Origin: Alphaproteobacteria bacterium
Lineage (GTDB): Bacteria; Pseudomonadota; Alphaproteobacteria; UBA828
Assembly (NCBI GenBank): GCA_965237415.1
Contig: CBDEFM010000002.1
Coordinates: 1,952,001-2,016,000, forward strand
Length of the DNA: 64,000 nt
Direction: 5' to 3'
The translations under genes were made by a program, and so were the position numbers. Below the pieces are notes generated by a model. The model was not told the DNA's origin, ran no database searches, and saw only the letters and a program-made list of their open reading frames with translations. This document shows positions 40,943-51,476 of the stretch, piece by piece; the stretch's first letter is position 1, and each line of letters begins with the position of its first letter.

Positions 40943-41932
40943 TTAATGGTCCACGTAGTCCTCGATGTACTGGCGCACCACCTCGTCCAAAGGCGGGTTC
41001 TGGGGCAGGCCGAGGGCCGCGGCCCGTTCGGCCTTCGCGTAGGCTGGCCAGGAGCCGACGAGACGCTGCACCGCCCCATCGGGCGCATCGATGACCGCGC
41101 CGAGCTTGCGGCCGGCACCCACCCGCTCCAGCGCCGCCACCATCTCCCCCGCCGTCGCCGAGAAGGAGGGCAGGTTGATGGTGCGGTCGTCGCCGAGCGC
41201 CGTGCTCGGCGCCTCGTGAAGGGCGACCAGGCTGTCCACGATCGTGCGGTAGCCGCCGAGGACGATGCGCGTGTCCCGGCTGACCGGGAGCGCGTGGTCC
41301 ACACCGGCGAGCGGCTCGCGGAAGAGCCCGCTGGCGAAGCCGGAGGCCGCCTTGTTGGGCTTGCCCGGCCGCACGATGACGGTGGGTGGCCTGCCGCCGC
41401 GGCCATCCAGGTAGCCCTTACGGGTGTAGTCGGCCACGAGGTGCTCGTTGATCACCTTGGTCACGCCATAGGTGCCCTGCGGGGTGATCTTGGTCTCGTC
41501 GGAGATGGTCTCCGGCAGCGCACTGCCGCCATAGACCGCGATGCTGCTGGTGAAGACGAGCCGGGGGAGCCCCGGCGCGGCGCGGCAGGCGTCGAGCACA
41601 TTGAGGCCGCCGGTGAGGTTGACCGCCAACGCGAGGTCGAAGTCCTGCTCGGCGCCGGCGCTGACCACCGAGGCGAAGTGAAAGACCGAGAGCGAATCGC
41701 CCGCGATGAGCGCGCGCACCGTCTCCCCATCGGCGACATCGCCCGCGGCGAACGAGACCCGCTCGTCCTCGAGGCCCGCAGGCGGCTGGTCCGGCACGAC
41801 GGCATCGAAGAGGACCATCTCGTCGATCCGCTCCTGCTCGCCCGATGCGCCGGTCAGCGTATCCCTGTCGAGCAGCGCCCGCGCGAGTCTCTGCCCGAGA
41901 AAGCCCAGTCCTCCCGTAATCACCACCTTCAT
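40943..41932 (-). CDS. D-erythronate dehydrogenase-like extended SDR (DenD family)
   Basis: ITGGLGFLG, FHFASVVS, FTSSIAVYG, YGVTK, VRPGKPNKAASGFAS..REPL. Confidence 0.85.
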   Translation of the reverse strand: MKVVITGGLGFLGQRLARALLDRDTLTGASGEQERIDEMVLFDAVVPDQPPAGLEDERVSFAAGDVADGETVRALIAGDSLSVFHFASVVSAGAEQDFDLALAVNLTGGLNVLDACRAAPGLPRLVFTSSIAVYGGSALPETISDETKITPQGTYGVTKVINEHLVADYTRKGYLDGRGGRPPTVIVRPGKPNKAASGFASGLFREPLAGVDHALPVSRDTRIVLGGYRTIVDSLVALHEAPSTALGDDRTINLPSFSATAGEMVAALERVGAGRKLGAVIDAPDGAVQRLVGSWPAYAKAERAAALGLPQNPPLDEVVRQYIEDYVDH

Positions 41933-42100
41933 GCGTGCCCTCCGTCCGCTCGGTCTCGTTCGTGCTCAACATATCCTATTGGCATGTCGCGCCGGTATGC
42001 GGATGATACCGGCGCGCATCCGTTACCCGCTTCCGCTCATCCGCATGGCGGAGGACGCTGGCGGTTGCGGGGCACCGCGGGGCAATTTTGGGGGGCGAGG

Positions 42101-43249
42101 ATGACGACATCGGCGGCGCTTGGGCCGAACCAATCTCTGATCGATGAGCGCGAATCGCGGGCCCGCCTGATCACGCCCGCTTTGGTGCTCGATCTCGACG
42201 CGATGGAGCGCAACATCGCCACGATGGCGGCGTACGCGGCAGAGCAGGGTGTCGCCTTCCGCCCCCACGCGAAGACCCACAAGAGCGTGCAGATCGCGCG
42301 CCGCCAGCTGGACGCCGGCGCGCTCGGCATCTGCTGCGCCACCTTGGGCGAGGCGGAGGCGTTGGCGGCGGGGGGGATCGACGGGCTGCTCGTCACCTCG
42401 CCGATCGTGGCACCCGCCAAGATCAACCGCCTCATGGCGCTCCGCCGCGACAATGAGTCGCTCATGGTGACGGCCGATGACATGGACAATCTGCGCGCCC
42501 TCGAGTCCGCCGCCGCAGCGTCCGGGTTCGTGCTCGATGTGGTGATCGATGTCGACGTCGGGCTGCATCGCACCGGCACCCGCGATGCGGAGACCGCGGT
42601 GGCCCTCGCGGAAGCCGCGGACGAAAGCGTCAGCCTGCGCTTCTGCGGGCTTCAGGGCTATGCCGGGCACGTCCAGCACATCGAGGATTTCGGCAACCGC
42701 CGCGCGGCCTCTCACGGCGATCTGACGCCGCTTCGGGACGCCCGCGACCGGCTCGTCGAGCGCGGCATCGAGGTGCCCATCGTCACGGGTGCCGGCACAG
42801 GCACCCACGACATCGACACGGAGATCGGCCTGATGACCGAGCTCCAGGTCGGCTCCTACGTGGTCATGGACGTGGAGTATCTCGATGTGCAGGCGCGGGA
42901 CGGCGGCGATTGGCGCTTCGAGCCGGCGCTCTTCGTCCGCTCGACCGTGGTCTCGGCGAGCCACGACGGAAGTGCCACCATGGATGCCGGCCTCAAGTGC
43001 TTCGCCACCGACGGGCCGTTGCCGCGCTTCCACACCGGCGTGCCCATCGGCGCTTACTACCAGCATTTCGGCGACGAGCACGGGCGCATCGTCTTCGCCG
43101 GCGCCAATGAGCGGCTCGCCATCGGCGCGGCCCTCGAATGCATCGTGCCGCACTGCGACCCCACCGTGAACCTCTACGACCACTACCACTGCGTGCGCGG
43201 CGAGACTCTGGTCGACATCTGGCCGATCGAGGGCCGCGGCCGCCACTAG
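42101..43249 (+). CDS. DSD1-family PLP enzyme (D-threonine / 3-hydroxy-D-aspartate aldolase-like)
   Basis: TPALVLDL, RPHAKTHK, GLQGYAGH, GAGTGT, ELQVGSYVVMD, HCDPTVNLYD. Confidence 0.9.
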   Translation: MTTSAALGPNQSLIDERESRARLITPALVLDLDAMERNIATMAAYAAEQGVAFRPHAKTHKSVQIARRQLDAGALGICCATLGEAEALAAGGIDGLLVTSPIVAPAKINRLMALRRDNESLMVTADDMDNLRALESAAAASGFVLDVVIDVDVGLHRTGTRDAETAVALAEAADESVSLRFCGLQGYAGHVQHIEDFGNRRAASHGDLTPLRDARDRLVERGIEVPIVTGAGTGTHDIDTEIGLMTELQVGSYVVMDVEYLDVQARDGGDWRFEPALFVRSTVVSASHDGSATMDAGLKCFATDGPLPRFHTGVPIGAYYQHFGDEHGRIVFAGANERLAIGAALECIVPHCDPTVNLYDHYHCVRGETLVDIWPIEGRGRH

Positions 43250-43258
43250 AGTGAAGCC

Positions 43259-44362
43259 ATGGCGTCAATCTCGCTCGCGGGCCTGACCAAGCGCTTCGGC
43301 GACTTGACCGCGGTCGCATCGCTCGATCTTGAGATCGGGGACAAGGAGTTCGTCGCGCTGCTGGGGCCATCGGGCTGCGGCAAGACCACGACGATGAACA
43401 TGATCGCCGGCATCGAGACGCCGTCGGAAGGGCAGATTCTCTTTGACGGCCGCGACATGCGCCAGGTGCCGGCCAACCGGCGCAAGGTCGGGTTCGTGTT
43501 TCAGAATTACGCCATCTTCACCCACCTCTCGGTGCGCAAGAACCTGGCGTTCGGCCTGCAGGTTCGCGGCCTTCCCAAGGCAGATGTCGAGCGTCGCGTC
43601 GCCGCCATGGCTGCGCTCATGCGCCTCGAAGACCGGCTCGACTGGCCCACCGCGAAGCTCAGCGTCAACGAGCTTCAGAAGGTCGCGATCGGCCGCTCGG
43701 CCATCACCGAGCCGGAGATCTTTCTCCTTGACGAGCCGCTGAGCAATCTCGACGCCGCCTTCCGCGCCTTCATGCGCACCGAGCTCAAGCATCTGCAGCA
43801 CCAGTTCCAGCAAACCATGGTCTACGTCACCCACGACCAGATCGAGGCGATGAGCCTAGCCGACAGGATCGCGGTGATGGACCTCGGCGTGCTGCAGCAG
43901 TACGGCTCGCCCATCGAGGTCTACAACGAGCCGTGCAACGTCTTCGTCGCCAACTTCATGGGCAGCCCCAGCATGAACCTGGTACCGTGCGCGCTCACCG
44001 GCGGGGACGGAAGCTACGCGCTCGATTTCGGCGAAGGCGGCACGGCGGCCGTGGAGGACGACGCGCTCAAGCGGCGCTGCAAGACGGCGCGCGACGCGGC
44101 GCTCATCTTCGGCGCCCGGCCCGAGGACCTGGACATCGAGCCGCCGGGCCACACCGGCCCCGGCATCGAGGCGGCCGTCACCTTCGTCGAGCCCATCGGC
44201 CCGCGCACCATCGTTCACCTGGCCGCCGGCGAGCGCCGGATCAAGATCGCCAAGGGCAAGCAGTACGGCATCGAGCTGGGCGCCCGGGTCAAGGCGGTGC
44301 TGCCGCCCGGCAAGTGCCACCTGTTCGACGCCGAAACCGGCGTGGCGCTCGGCGTCGCTTAG
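43259..44362 (+). CDS. MalK-type ABC ATPase with degenerate signature motif
   Basis: GPSGCGKT, VFQNYA, signature LSVNELQK, LLDEPLSNLD, YVTHDQ. Confidence 0.9.
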   Translation: MASISLAGLTKRFGDLTAVASLDLEIGDKEFVALLGPSGCGKTTTMNMIAGIETPSEGQILFDGRDMRQVPANRRKVGFVFQNYAIFTHLSVRKNLAFGLQVRGLPKADVERRVAAMAALMRLEDRLDWPTAKLSVNELQKVAIGRSAITEPEIFLLDEPLSNLDAAFRAFMRTELKHLQHQFQQTMVYVTHDQIEAMSLADRIAVMDLGVLQQYGSPIEVYNEPCNVFVANFMGSPSMNLVPCALTGGDGSYALDFGEGGTAAVEDDALKRRCKTARDAALIFGARPEDLDIEPPGHTGPGIEAAVTFVEPIGPRTIVHLAAGERRIKIAKGKQYGIELGARVKAVLPPGKCHLFDAETGVALGVA

Positions 44363-44378
44363 CCCGGAATTCTCACCA

Positions 44379-45452
44379 ATGGCACGGCTCGAACTCAGGA
44401 ACGCGAGCAAGTCTTACGGCAAGACCGTCGCCGTGAAGGACATCGACCTCGTCGTCGAGGACAACGAGTTCTTTTGCATCTTCGGCCCGCCGAGCTCGGG
44501 CAAGACGACGATCCTCCGCCTGCTGCTGGGGCTGGTGGCGCCGGACGAGGGCGAGATCACCATCGGCGGCGTGGCCGTGGGCGATCAGGGGCCGAAGGAG
44601 CGCAACCTCGCCATGGTGTTTCAGAACCTGGCGCTCTTCCCGCATATGACCGCCGGCCAGAACCTCGCCTTCCCGCTGGTGGAACGGAAGCTCGAGAAGG
44701 CCGCAGTGATGGAGCGGGTGGCCCAGGTGGCGGAGACCCTGCACATCACGCCGCTGCTCGACAAGCTGCCGGCGCATCTGAGCGGGGGCGAGCGCCAGCG
44801 TGTCGCCATCGGCCGGGCACTGGTGCGCGACCCGGCAGCCTTCCTCATGGACGAGCCGATCGCCGCGCTCGATGCCAGGCTCCGCGAAGAGATGAGGGTC
44901 GAGCTCAAGCGCCTCCAGCGTGAGCTTCACCACACGATCATCTACGTGACCCACGACCAGGAAGAAGCGATGTCGATCGCCGATCGCATTGCCGTGATGG
45001 AGGCGGGTGAAATTCGCCAGATCGGCACGCCGGCCGAAATCTATAACCTGCCCAACAGCCGCTATGTCGCAGAGTTGATCGGCTCCCCGCCCATGAACTT
45101 CATCGATGGCACCCTCGCGGACGGCGGCCGTTTCGAGGGAAGCGACGTGCCGCTCTCGATGTCGCTTGACGGCGCCGAAGGGGCGGGCCCAGCGGCGCTG
45201 GCCGTGCGGCCCGAGGACATCGGGATCGATTCCTCGGGAGCCAATGGCGGGGTCGAGGCTGCCATCTACGAGGTCGAGCCGCTCGGTGCCTTCACCATTG
45301 TGGATGTCAGCGCGGGCGAGCGGATCCTCAAGGTGCAGGCGCCGGGGCAGCCGCACTTCACTCTCGGGGAGCAGGTGCGGCTCGCGCTCGATCCCAACCG
45401 CTGCCACCTGTTCCACGGCGAGACCGGGGCGCTGATCCGCTCAGCCCGCTGA
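44379..45452 (+). CDS. MalK-type ABC ATPase
   Basis: Walker A GPPSSGKT, LSGGERQR, MDEPIAALD, TOBE tail. Confidence 0.9.
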   Translation: MARLELRNASKSYGKTVAVKDIDLVVEDNEFFCIFGPPSSGKTTILRLLLGLVAPDEGEITIGGVAVGDQGPKERNLAMVFQNLALFPHMTAGQNLAFPLVERKLEKAAVMERVAQVAETLHITPLLDKLPAHLSGGERQRVAIGRALVRDPAAFLMDEPIAALDARLREEMRVELKRLQRELHHTIIYVTHDQEEAMSIADRIAVMEAGEIRQIGTPAEIYNLPNSRYVAELIGSPPMNFIDGTLADGGRFEGSDVPLSMSLDGAEGAGPAALAVRPEDIGIDSSGANGGVEAAIYEVEPLGAFTIVDVSAGERILKVQAPGQPHFTLGEQVRLALDPNRCHLFHGETGALIRSAR

Positions 45453-45491
45453 GAGGGGCACCGCCGTTGCGCACGACGGGGCAGCCGCGTT

Positions 45492-45522
45492 AGGGTAGAA
45501 AGCGCAGCTTCGTTTCTACCCT
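45492..45522. promoter_or_regulatory. Inverted repeat upstream of vapB (operator or terminator)
   Basis: AGGGTAGAAA-N11-TTTCTACCCT perfect 10-bp arms just before the vapB RBS. Confidence 0.6.
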
Positions 45523-45532
45523 TGAGGATACG

Positions 45533-45790
45533 ATGAGCCTCAATATCAAGAACGACGAGACCTGCCGGCTGGCCCGCGAGCTCGCGCAGCTCACCGGCGA
45601 GAGCATGACAGGCGCGATCACCACCGCGCTCCGAGAGCGGCTGGAGCGCGAGAGGCACGCCCGCAGCGTCGAGGCGCGCGCGAAGAAGATACGCGCCATC
45701 GCGGAGCGTTGCGCTCGCAATCTGAAGCCCGGGCCCTCGGCGGTGGAGCACGGCGACCTGCTCTACGACGAGCGGGGCCTGCCGAAGTGA
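45533..45790 (+). CDS. vapB: Type II TA antitoxin VapB (Rv0623-like)
   Basis: MSLNIKN..LARELAQLTGESMTGAI..LYDERGLPK; overlaps vapC. Confidence 0.9.
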   Translation: MSLNIKNDETCRLARELAQLTGESMTGAITTALRERLERERHARSVEARAKKIRAIAERCARNLKPGPSAVEHGDLLYDERGLPK

Positions 45791-46173
45791 TCGTCGACAG
45801 TTCGGCTCTCCTAGCCGTTCTCTTTCGCGAGCCAGACGCCGAACGCTACGTGACGGCGCTTGCCGCGGCCCCTGCGTGCCACATGTCGCTGGCCAACGTC
45901 TTCGAGACATCCATCGTGTGGGAAGGTCGCGGCGGCCCGGCGGCGGGCCATGAACTCGACCTTTTCATGGAGCAGGTCGGGATCGAGATGGTTCCGGTGA
46001 CGGCCGACCAGGTCGCCGCCGCTCGCCAGGCCTGGCGACGCTTCGGCAAGGGCAATCATCCGGCGGCGTTAAACTTTGGGGATTGCTTCGCCTATGCCCT
46101 CGCCGCCGTGACCGGCGAGCCGCTTCTGTTCAAGGGCGATGACTTCGGCCTCACCGATATCGAGGCGGTGTAG
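45787..46173 (+). CDS. vapC: Type II TA toxin VapC (PIN domain)
   Basis: IVDSSALLA, RFGKGNHPAALNFGDCFAYA, LLFKGDDF. Confidence 0.93.
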   Translation: MIVDSSALLAVLFREPDAERYVTALAAAPACHMSLANVFETSIVWEGRGGPAAGHELDLFMEQVGIEMVPVTADQVAAARQAWRRFGKGNHPAALNFGDCFAYALAAVTGEPLLFKGDDFGLTDIEAV

Positions 46174-46182
46174 CCGGAACGC

Positions 46183-47064
46183 CTACATGTTCTGCAACAG
46201 GTGGATCAGGCTGGAGGTATCCCAGCGGTTGCCGCCGCGTTGCTGGACGTGGGCGTAGAACTGATCGACCAGCATCGACATCGGCAGGAGGGCGCCGTTC
46301 TTCTTGCCCTCCTCGAAACACAAGCTCAGGTCCTTGCGCATCCAGTCGACGGCGAAGCCGAACTCGAACTCGCCCCGGAGCATCGTCGAGCCGCGGTTCT
46401 CCATCTGCCAGGACTGCGCTGCGCCCTTGGAGATGACCTCGAGCACGGTCTTGCCGTCGAGCCCGGCGCGCTGAGCGAAATTGAGGGCTTCGGCGAGGCC
46501 CTGAACCACGCCCGCAATGCAGATCTGGTTGACCATCTTGGTGAGCTGGCCGTTCCCCGCCGGCCCCATGTGGGTCACGTTGCGCGCGAACGCATCGATG
46601 ACCGGCTGGGCGCGGCTGTAATCGGCTTCGTCGCCGCCCACCATGACCGTCAACACGCCATTCTCGGCTCCAGCCTGCCCGCCGGAGACCGGCGCGTCGA
46701 GGAAGCCCACGCTGCGTTCCTTGGCTGCGGCATAGACTTCGCGGGCAACAACGGCGGAATCGGTGGTGTGGTCGATGAAAATCGTGCCTTCCGCCATGCC
46801 GGCGAGCGCGCCGTCCTCGCCATAGACCACCGCACGCAGATCGTCGTCGGCGCCGACGCAGGCGAAGACCATCTCCGCGCCTTGGGCGGCGGCGGCAGGG
46901 GTCGCAGCGGCGCGGCCCTGGTTGACCTCATTCCATTGCGCGGCCTTCGCCTCGGTCCGGTTGTAGACGGTGACCTCATGGCCCGCCTTCGCGAGATGGC
47001 CCGCCATCGGGAACCCCATCACGCCGAGCCCGAGAAACGCCACCTTGGTGCCGCCATTACCCAT
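46183..47064 (-). CDS. 3-hydroxyisobutyrate / tartronate-semialdehyde reductase family NAD(P) oxidoreductase
   Basis: FLGLGVMG, DAPVSGGQAGA, KMVNQI, MRKDL. Confidence 0.92.
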   Translation of the reverse strand: MGNGGTKVAFLGLGVMGFPMAGHLAKAGHEVTVYNRTEAKAAQWNEVNQGRAAATPAAAAQGAEMVFACVGADDDLRAVVYGEDGALAGMAEGTIFIDHTTDSAVVAREVYAAAKERSVGFLDAPVSGGQAGAENGVLTVMVGGDEADYSRAQPVIDAFARNVTHMGPAGNGQLTKMVNQICIAGVVQGLAEALNFAQRAGLDGKTVLEVISKGAAQSWQMENRGSTMLRGEFEFGFAVDWMRKDLSLCFEEGKKNGALLPMSMLVDQFYAHVQQRGGNRWDTSSLIHLLQNM

Positions 47065-47155
47065 ACTTGTGTCCTCCCCGCCGGCTTCCTGCGCCGTGGC
47101 GCGGCATCCTAGCGGCGGCTTAGGGGGCGAGCAACGAGACCGCGCAACCCGCCGA

Positions 47156-47169
47156 TTGACGCAGATCAA
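47156..47169. promoter_or_regulatory. FNR/FixK/DNR-type binding site upstream of nosR
   Basis: TTGAC-GCAG-ATCAA versus consensus TTGAT-N4-ATCAA. Confidence 0.8.
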
Positions 47170-47262
47170 GGCGCTGGCGTATGCGCGCTTCAGACTGGCA
47201 GTGCTCGAGTCTGTCGGCGATTTCATGGGGGCCGCGCGCTCACTCGTCATGACGCCTGTGCC

Positions 47263-49521
47263 ATGACAGCGGTTTCCTTCCCGGGAGCTGCCCGCCCCAG
47301 TGTGGCGGTGCGCCCTATCCGTATCGGCATTGCCGGCGCGGCGGCGCTGCTGTTCCTGCTGCTCCTCGCAGGCGTCGCGCACAACGCCCGCGCCGCCGTC
47401 GATCTCGGAAGCGCACTCGCCACAATCCAGCCCAGCGACCTGGTGCCCGGCGCCGATCGCTTCGGCCCGGTCGAAGGCGCCCCACCCCGCGCGCAGGCGC
47501 TCGAAGGCTCCACGCTTAGGGGCTACGTGTTCCTGAATACCGACGTCGTGGGCGCGGTGGGCTATTCGGGCAAGCCCATCCACCTCCTCATCGGGCTCGA
47601 CACCGAGGGCACGATCGCCGGCGTCGTGCTGCACGAGCACCACGAGCCGATCGTCTTGATCGGCATTCCCGAGCGCAAGGTGAAGAGCTTCATCGCCGGC
47701 TACGTCGGGCGCAACGTCCGCGAGTTTCTCGAGGAGCGGGACGCCGACGATCGTTCGCTCGACATCATCGCCGGCGCCACGGTCACAATCCTGGTGATCG
47801 ACGATGCGATCCGCCGTGCGTCGGTCAGGATGGCTCGCGCGCTGGGCCTCGCCGGGCTCGGCACGGAGCAGGCGTCCCGCGCGCAGCCACGGGGCGAGGT
47901 CGACACCGCGCAAGAGGGCGTGGACGACTGGATGACTCTGATCGGCGATGGCTCGGTGCGCCGACTCAGCCTCAGCGTCGGCGACGTGACCGGCGACTTC
48001 GCGGCTGCGGGCAAGGAGAAAGCCGCTGCCCGGCCCGAGAGCGACGTCCCGGAAGAGCGCTTCATCGATCTCTACGCGGCGCTGGTCAGCGTCCCCGTCA
48101 TCGGTCGCAGCCTGCTCGGCGATGCCGAGTACGAGAGCCTCCGCGCCCGCCTGGAGCCCGGCCAGCATGCATTGCTGATCGCCGCCAATGGCCTCTATTC
48201 GTTCAAGGGCTCGGGCTTCGTCCGCGGCGGCATCTTCGACCGCATCCAGCTCGCCCAGGGCGAAGGCAGCGTTCGCTTCCGCGACCGCCACTACAAGCAC
48301 TTGGGCGAGGTGGCGGCAGACCTCGCGCAGCCCTTTGCCGAGATCGGTCTCTTCGTCGTGCCGGGCGATGCCGGGTTCGACCCTGCCGCGCCTTGGACGC
48401 TCCAGCTCCTGGTGCAACGCGCGATCGGCGCGCTCGACAAGGATTTCCTGCTCTACGAGATCTCCTACACCCTGCCTGAACGGTATCTGAAGCCGCTGCC
48501 CGCGCCGCCGGTGGCGGCCGGGGCCGCCGGCGCAGGCTTTGCAGAACCGGAGGCGGCGCCGGAACTCTGGCCGCGGATCTGGGAAGACCGGATCGTCGAC
48601 GTGGCGGTGCTGGGCGCGGCCTTGATCGCGCTCACCCTGATCTTCTTCTTCCAGGACTGGTTCGCACGCCGGCCGAAGCTCGCGACGGCCGTGCGGGTGG
48701 GCTTTCTGCTCTTCATCGTGGCCTGGCTCGGCGGCTTCGCCCAAGCGCAGCTCTCGGTGGTCAACGTGCTGACCTTCGGCAACGCGCTGATCACCGATTT
48801 CCGCTGGAGCTACTTCCTGATGGACCCGCTGATCTTCCTGCTCTGGTGCAGCACCGCGATCGCGCTGATCTTCTGGGGCCGGGGTGTGTTCTGCGGCTGG
48901 CTCTGCCCCTTCGGCGCGCTTCAGGAGCTGCTCAACAAGGCGGCGCGGCTCGCGCGCGTGCCGCAGGTGACCCTGCCCTGGGGCCTGCACGAGCGGCTCT
49001 GGCCGGTCAAATATGTGATCTTCATCGGCATCTTCGGGGTCTCGTTTCACGACCTCGCCTTTGCCGAGCGGCTGGCAGAGGTCGAACCCTTCAAGACCAC
49101 GGTGATCCTGCGCTTCGCCCACGATTGGCCGTTCGTGGCCTGGGCCGGCGTGATGCTCGGCACCGGGCTCTTCATCGAGCGCTTCTTCTGCCGCTACATC
49201 TGCCCGTTGGGAGCAGCACTCGCGATCCCCGGCAAGATCAGGATCATGGAGTGGCTGCGCCGCCACAAGGAGTGCGGCGCGCCCTGCCATCGCTGCGCCC
49301 AGGAATGCATGGTGCAGGCGATCCATCCGGACGGGCACATCAACCCGAACGAGTGCCTCTACTGCCTGCATTGCCAGCAGGTCTACCACGACGAGCACCG
49401 CTGCCCGCCGATGATCCAGCGCCGCCTCAGGCGCGAGCGCCGCCGGACGCGGGCGTCGGCGAACATCACGATCCCACCTGCCGCTCCCGCAGGCCCATCC
49501 GGCACAGCAACGAGTCCCTGA
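47263..49521 (+). CDS. nosR: Membrane FMN/FeS protein NosR
   Basis: [19 protein letters not shown] site, [25 protein letters not shown]-terminal ferredoxin Cys motifs. Confidence 0.95.
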   Translation: MTAVSFPGAARPSVAVRPIRIGIAGAAALLFLLLLAGVAHNARAAVDLGSALATIQPSDLVPGADRFGPVEGAPPRAQALEGSTLRGYVFLNTDVVGAVGYSGKPIHLLIGLDTEGTIAGVVLHEHHEPIVLIGIPERKVKSFIAGYVGRNVREFLEERDADDRSLDIIAGATVTILVIDDAIRRASVRMARALGLAGLGTEQASRAQPRGEVDTAQEGVDDWMTLIGDGSVRRLSLSVGDVTGDFAAAGKEKAAARPESDVPEERFIDLYAALVSVPVIGRSLLGDAEYESLRARLEPGQHALLIAANGLYSFKGSGFVRGGIFDRIQLAQGEGSVRFRDRHYKHLGEVAADLAQPFAEIGLFVVPGDAGFDPAAPWTLQLLVQRAIGALDKDFLLYEISYTLPERYLKPLPAPPVAAGAAGAGFAEPEAAPELWPRIWEDRIVDVAVLGAALIALTLIFFFQDWFARRPKLATAVRVGFLLFIVAWLGGFAQAQLSVVNVLTFGNALITDFRWSYFLMDPLIFLLWCSTAIALIFWGRGVFCGWLCPFGALQELLNKAARLARVPQVTLPWGLHERLWPVKYVIFIGIFGVSFHDLAFAERLAEVEPFKTTVILRFAHDWPFVAWAGVMLGTGLFIERFFCRYICPLGAALAIPGKIRIMEWLRRHKECGAPCHRCAQECMVQAIHPDGHINPNECLYCLHCQQVYHDEHRCPPMIQRRLRRERRRTRASANITIPPAAPAGPSGTATSP

Positions 49522-49544
49522 TGCCAAGCAATGAGGAGAAAGCC

Positions 49545-51476
49545 ATGTCGAAGAAGAAGCACGATGCACCGGAGCAAACCGGCGTCACCCGCCGCGAGCT
49601 GATCGGCAACACGGCGAAGATCGCCACCGTCGGCGGGGTGGTCGCCGCCGGAGTCGCCGGGGTAACTCCCGCCGACCCGCCGCGCGAGGCGCACGCCGCG
49701 ACTGAGGCTGGCTCCGCCCACGTGGGGCCCGGCCAGCTCGACGAATATTACGGTTTCTGGTCGAGCGGCCAGGCCGGCGAGGTGCGCGTCTTTGGCGTGC
49801 CCTCCATGCGTGAGCTCCTCCGCATCCCGGTGTTCAACCGCTGCAGCGCCACGGGCTGGGGGCTCACCAACGAGAGCCGCAAGATCATGACCGAAGGGCT
49901 CACACCAGAGACCCGAAAGTTTCTCGAATCCCGCGGGGGCATCTACACCAATGGCGACGCGCACCACCCGCATATGTCGTTCACCGACGGCACGTACGAC
50001 GGGCGCTATCTCTGGATCAACGACAAGGCAAACACGCGCGTCGCCCGGATTCGCTGCGACGTGATGAAGGTCGACAAGATCGTGGAGATCCCCAACGCCA
50101 ATGACATCCACGGCTTGAGACCGCAGAAATATCCGCGCACCGGCTACGTGTTCTGCAACGGCGAGCACGAGATTCCGCTCCCCAACGACGGCTCCGTGCT
50201 CAATGACCCGTCGCAGTACATCGCGATCTTCACGGCGCTCGACGGCGACACGATGGAGGTAGCCTGGCAGGTGATCGTCGACGGCAACCTCGACAACGTC
50301 GATGCCGACTATCAGGGCAAGTACGCGGTCTCCACCTGCTACAACTCCGAGATGGGCATGAACCTGGAGGAGATGACCGCGTCCGAGCAGGACTGGGCCG
50401 TCGTCTTCAACATCGCCCGCATCGAGCAGGGGGTGAAGGACGGCGACTACACGATGCACGGCGGCGTCAAGGTGCTCGACGGCCGCAAGGGCTCGCCCTA
50501 CACCCGCTACATCCCGATCTCCACCAGCCCGCACGGCGTCAACTCGGCACCCGACGGCAACCACATCGTCATCAACGGCAAGCTCTCGCCGACCGTCTCG
50601 GTCATCGACGTGCGTCGCCTCGATGACCTGTTCGCAGACAAGATCGCGCCGCGCGACGTGATCGTCGCCGAGCCCGAGCTCGGCCTCGGGCCGCTCCACA
50701 CCGCCTTCGACGGGCGTGGCAACTGCTTCACCACGCTCTTCCTCGACAGCCAGATCTGCAAGTGGAGCCTTGACGACGCCATCCGTCAGTACAACGGCGA
50801 GCAGGTGGACCCGATCATCGATAAGATCGACGTCCACTACCAGCCGGGGCACAACCATACCTCCATGGGCGAGACCAAGGAGGCGGACGGCAAGTGGCTG
50901 GTCTCGCTCAACAAGTTCTCGAAGGACCGGTTCATCAATGTGGGCCCGCTCAAGCCCGAATGCGAGCAGCTCATCGACATTTCGGGTGACAAGATGCAGC
51001 TGGTCCATGACGGCCCCGCCTTCTCCGAGCCCCACGACTGCATCATCGTTCATCGGACCAAGGTGAACCCGAAGCAGATCTGGGACCGCGAAGACCCGAC
51101 CTGGGAAGAGGCGCGCCAATGGGCGGCGAAAGACGGCGTCGATCTCGACTGGGGCGAGGACGTGATCCGCGACGGCAACAAGGTGCGCGTCTACATGTAC
51201 TCGATCGCGCCCGCCTTCAGCCTCGAGAGCTTTGAGGTGAACGAGGGCGACGAGGTCACCGTCTTCATCACCAACCAGGACGATATCGACGACCTCACCC
51301 ACGGCTGGTCCCTTTCCAACTACGGGGTGGCGATGGAGGTGTCGCCGCAGGCGACAGCTTCGGTAACCTTCACCGCCGACCGGCCGGGCGTCCACTGGTT
51401 CTATTGCCAGTGGTTCTGCCATGCGCTTCACATGGAGATGCGGGGGCGCATGTTCGTGAAGCCGAAGACCGCCTGA
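49545..51476 (+). CDS. nosZ: Nitrous oxide reductase, clade I (Tat-exported)
   Basis: Tat motif TRRELIG; CuZ His motifs DAHHPH, IHG, PHG, PLH, EPHD; Cu[13 protein letters not shown]; RBS GAGGAG. Confidence 0.97.
   Translation: MSKKKHDAPEQTGVTRRELIGNTAKIATVGGVVAAGVAGVTPADPPREAHAATEAGSAHVGPGQLDEYYGFWSSGQAGEVRVFGVPSMRELLRIPVFNRCSATGWGLTNESRKIMTEGLTPETRKFLESRGGIYTNGDAHHPHMSFTDGTYDGRYLWINDKANTRVARIRCDVMKVDKIVEIPNANDIHGLRPQKYPRTGYVFCNGEHEIPLPNDGSVLNDPSQYIAIFTALDGDTMEVAWQVIVDGNLDNVDADYQGKYAVSTCYNSEMGMNLEEMTASEQDWAVVFNIARIEQGVKDGDYTMHGGVKVLDGRKGSPYTRYIPISTSPHGVNSAPDGNHIVINGKLSPTVSVIDVRRLDDLFADKIAPRDVIVAEPELGLGPLHTAFDGRGNCFTTLFLDSQICKWSLDDAIRQYNGEQVDPIIDKIDVHYQPGHNHTSMGETKEADGKWLVSLNKFSKDRFINVGPLKPECEQLIDISGDKMQLVHDGPAFSEPHDCIIVHRTKVNPKQIWDREDPTWEEARQWAAKDGVDLDWGEDVIRDGNKVRVYMYSIAPAFSLESFEVNEGDEVTVFITNQDDIDDLTHGWSLSNYGVAMEVSPQATASVTFTADRPGVHWFYCQWFCHALHMEMRGRMFVKPKTA

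Noticed and set aside
40859-43249. 796-aa ORF as an extended aldolase
   Set aside because: The first roughly 410 codons are antisense to the DenD-like gene or intergenic; the real start is 42101.
48846-49544. N-terminal extension of NosZ
   Set aside because: Overlaps nosR in another frame; the Tat signal and RBS place the start at 49545.
46183-49569. 1128-aa minus-strand ORF as a giant fusion
   Set aside because: Only 46183-47064 is a recognisable dehydrogenase with its own RBS; the rest is antisense to nosR.
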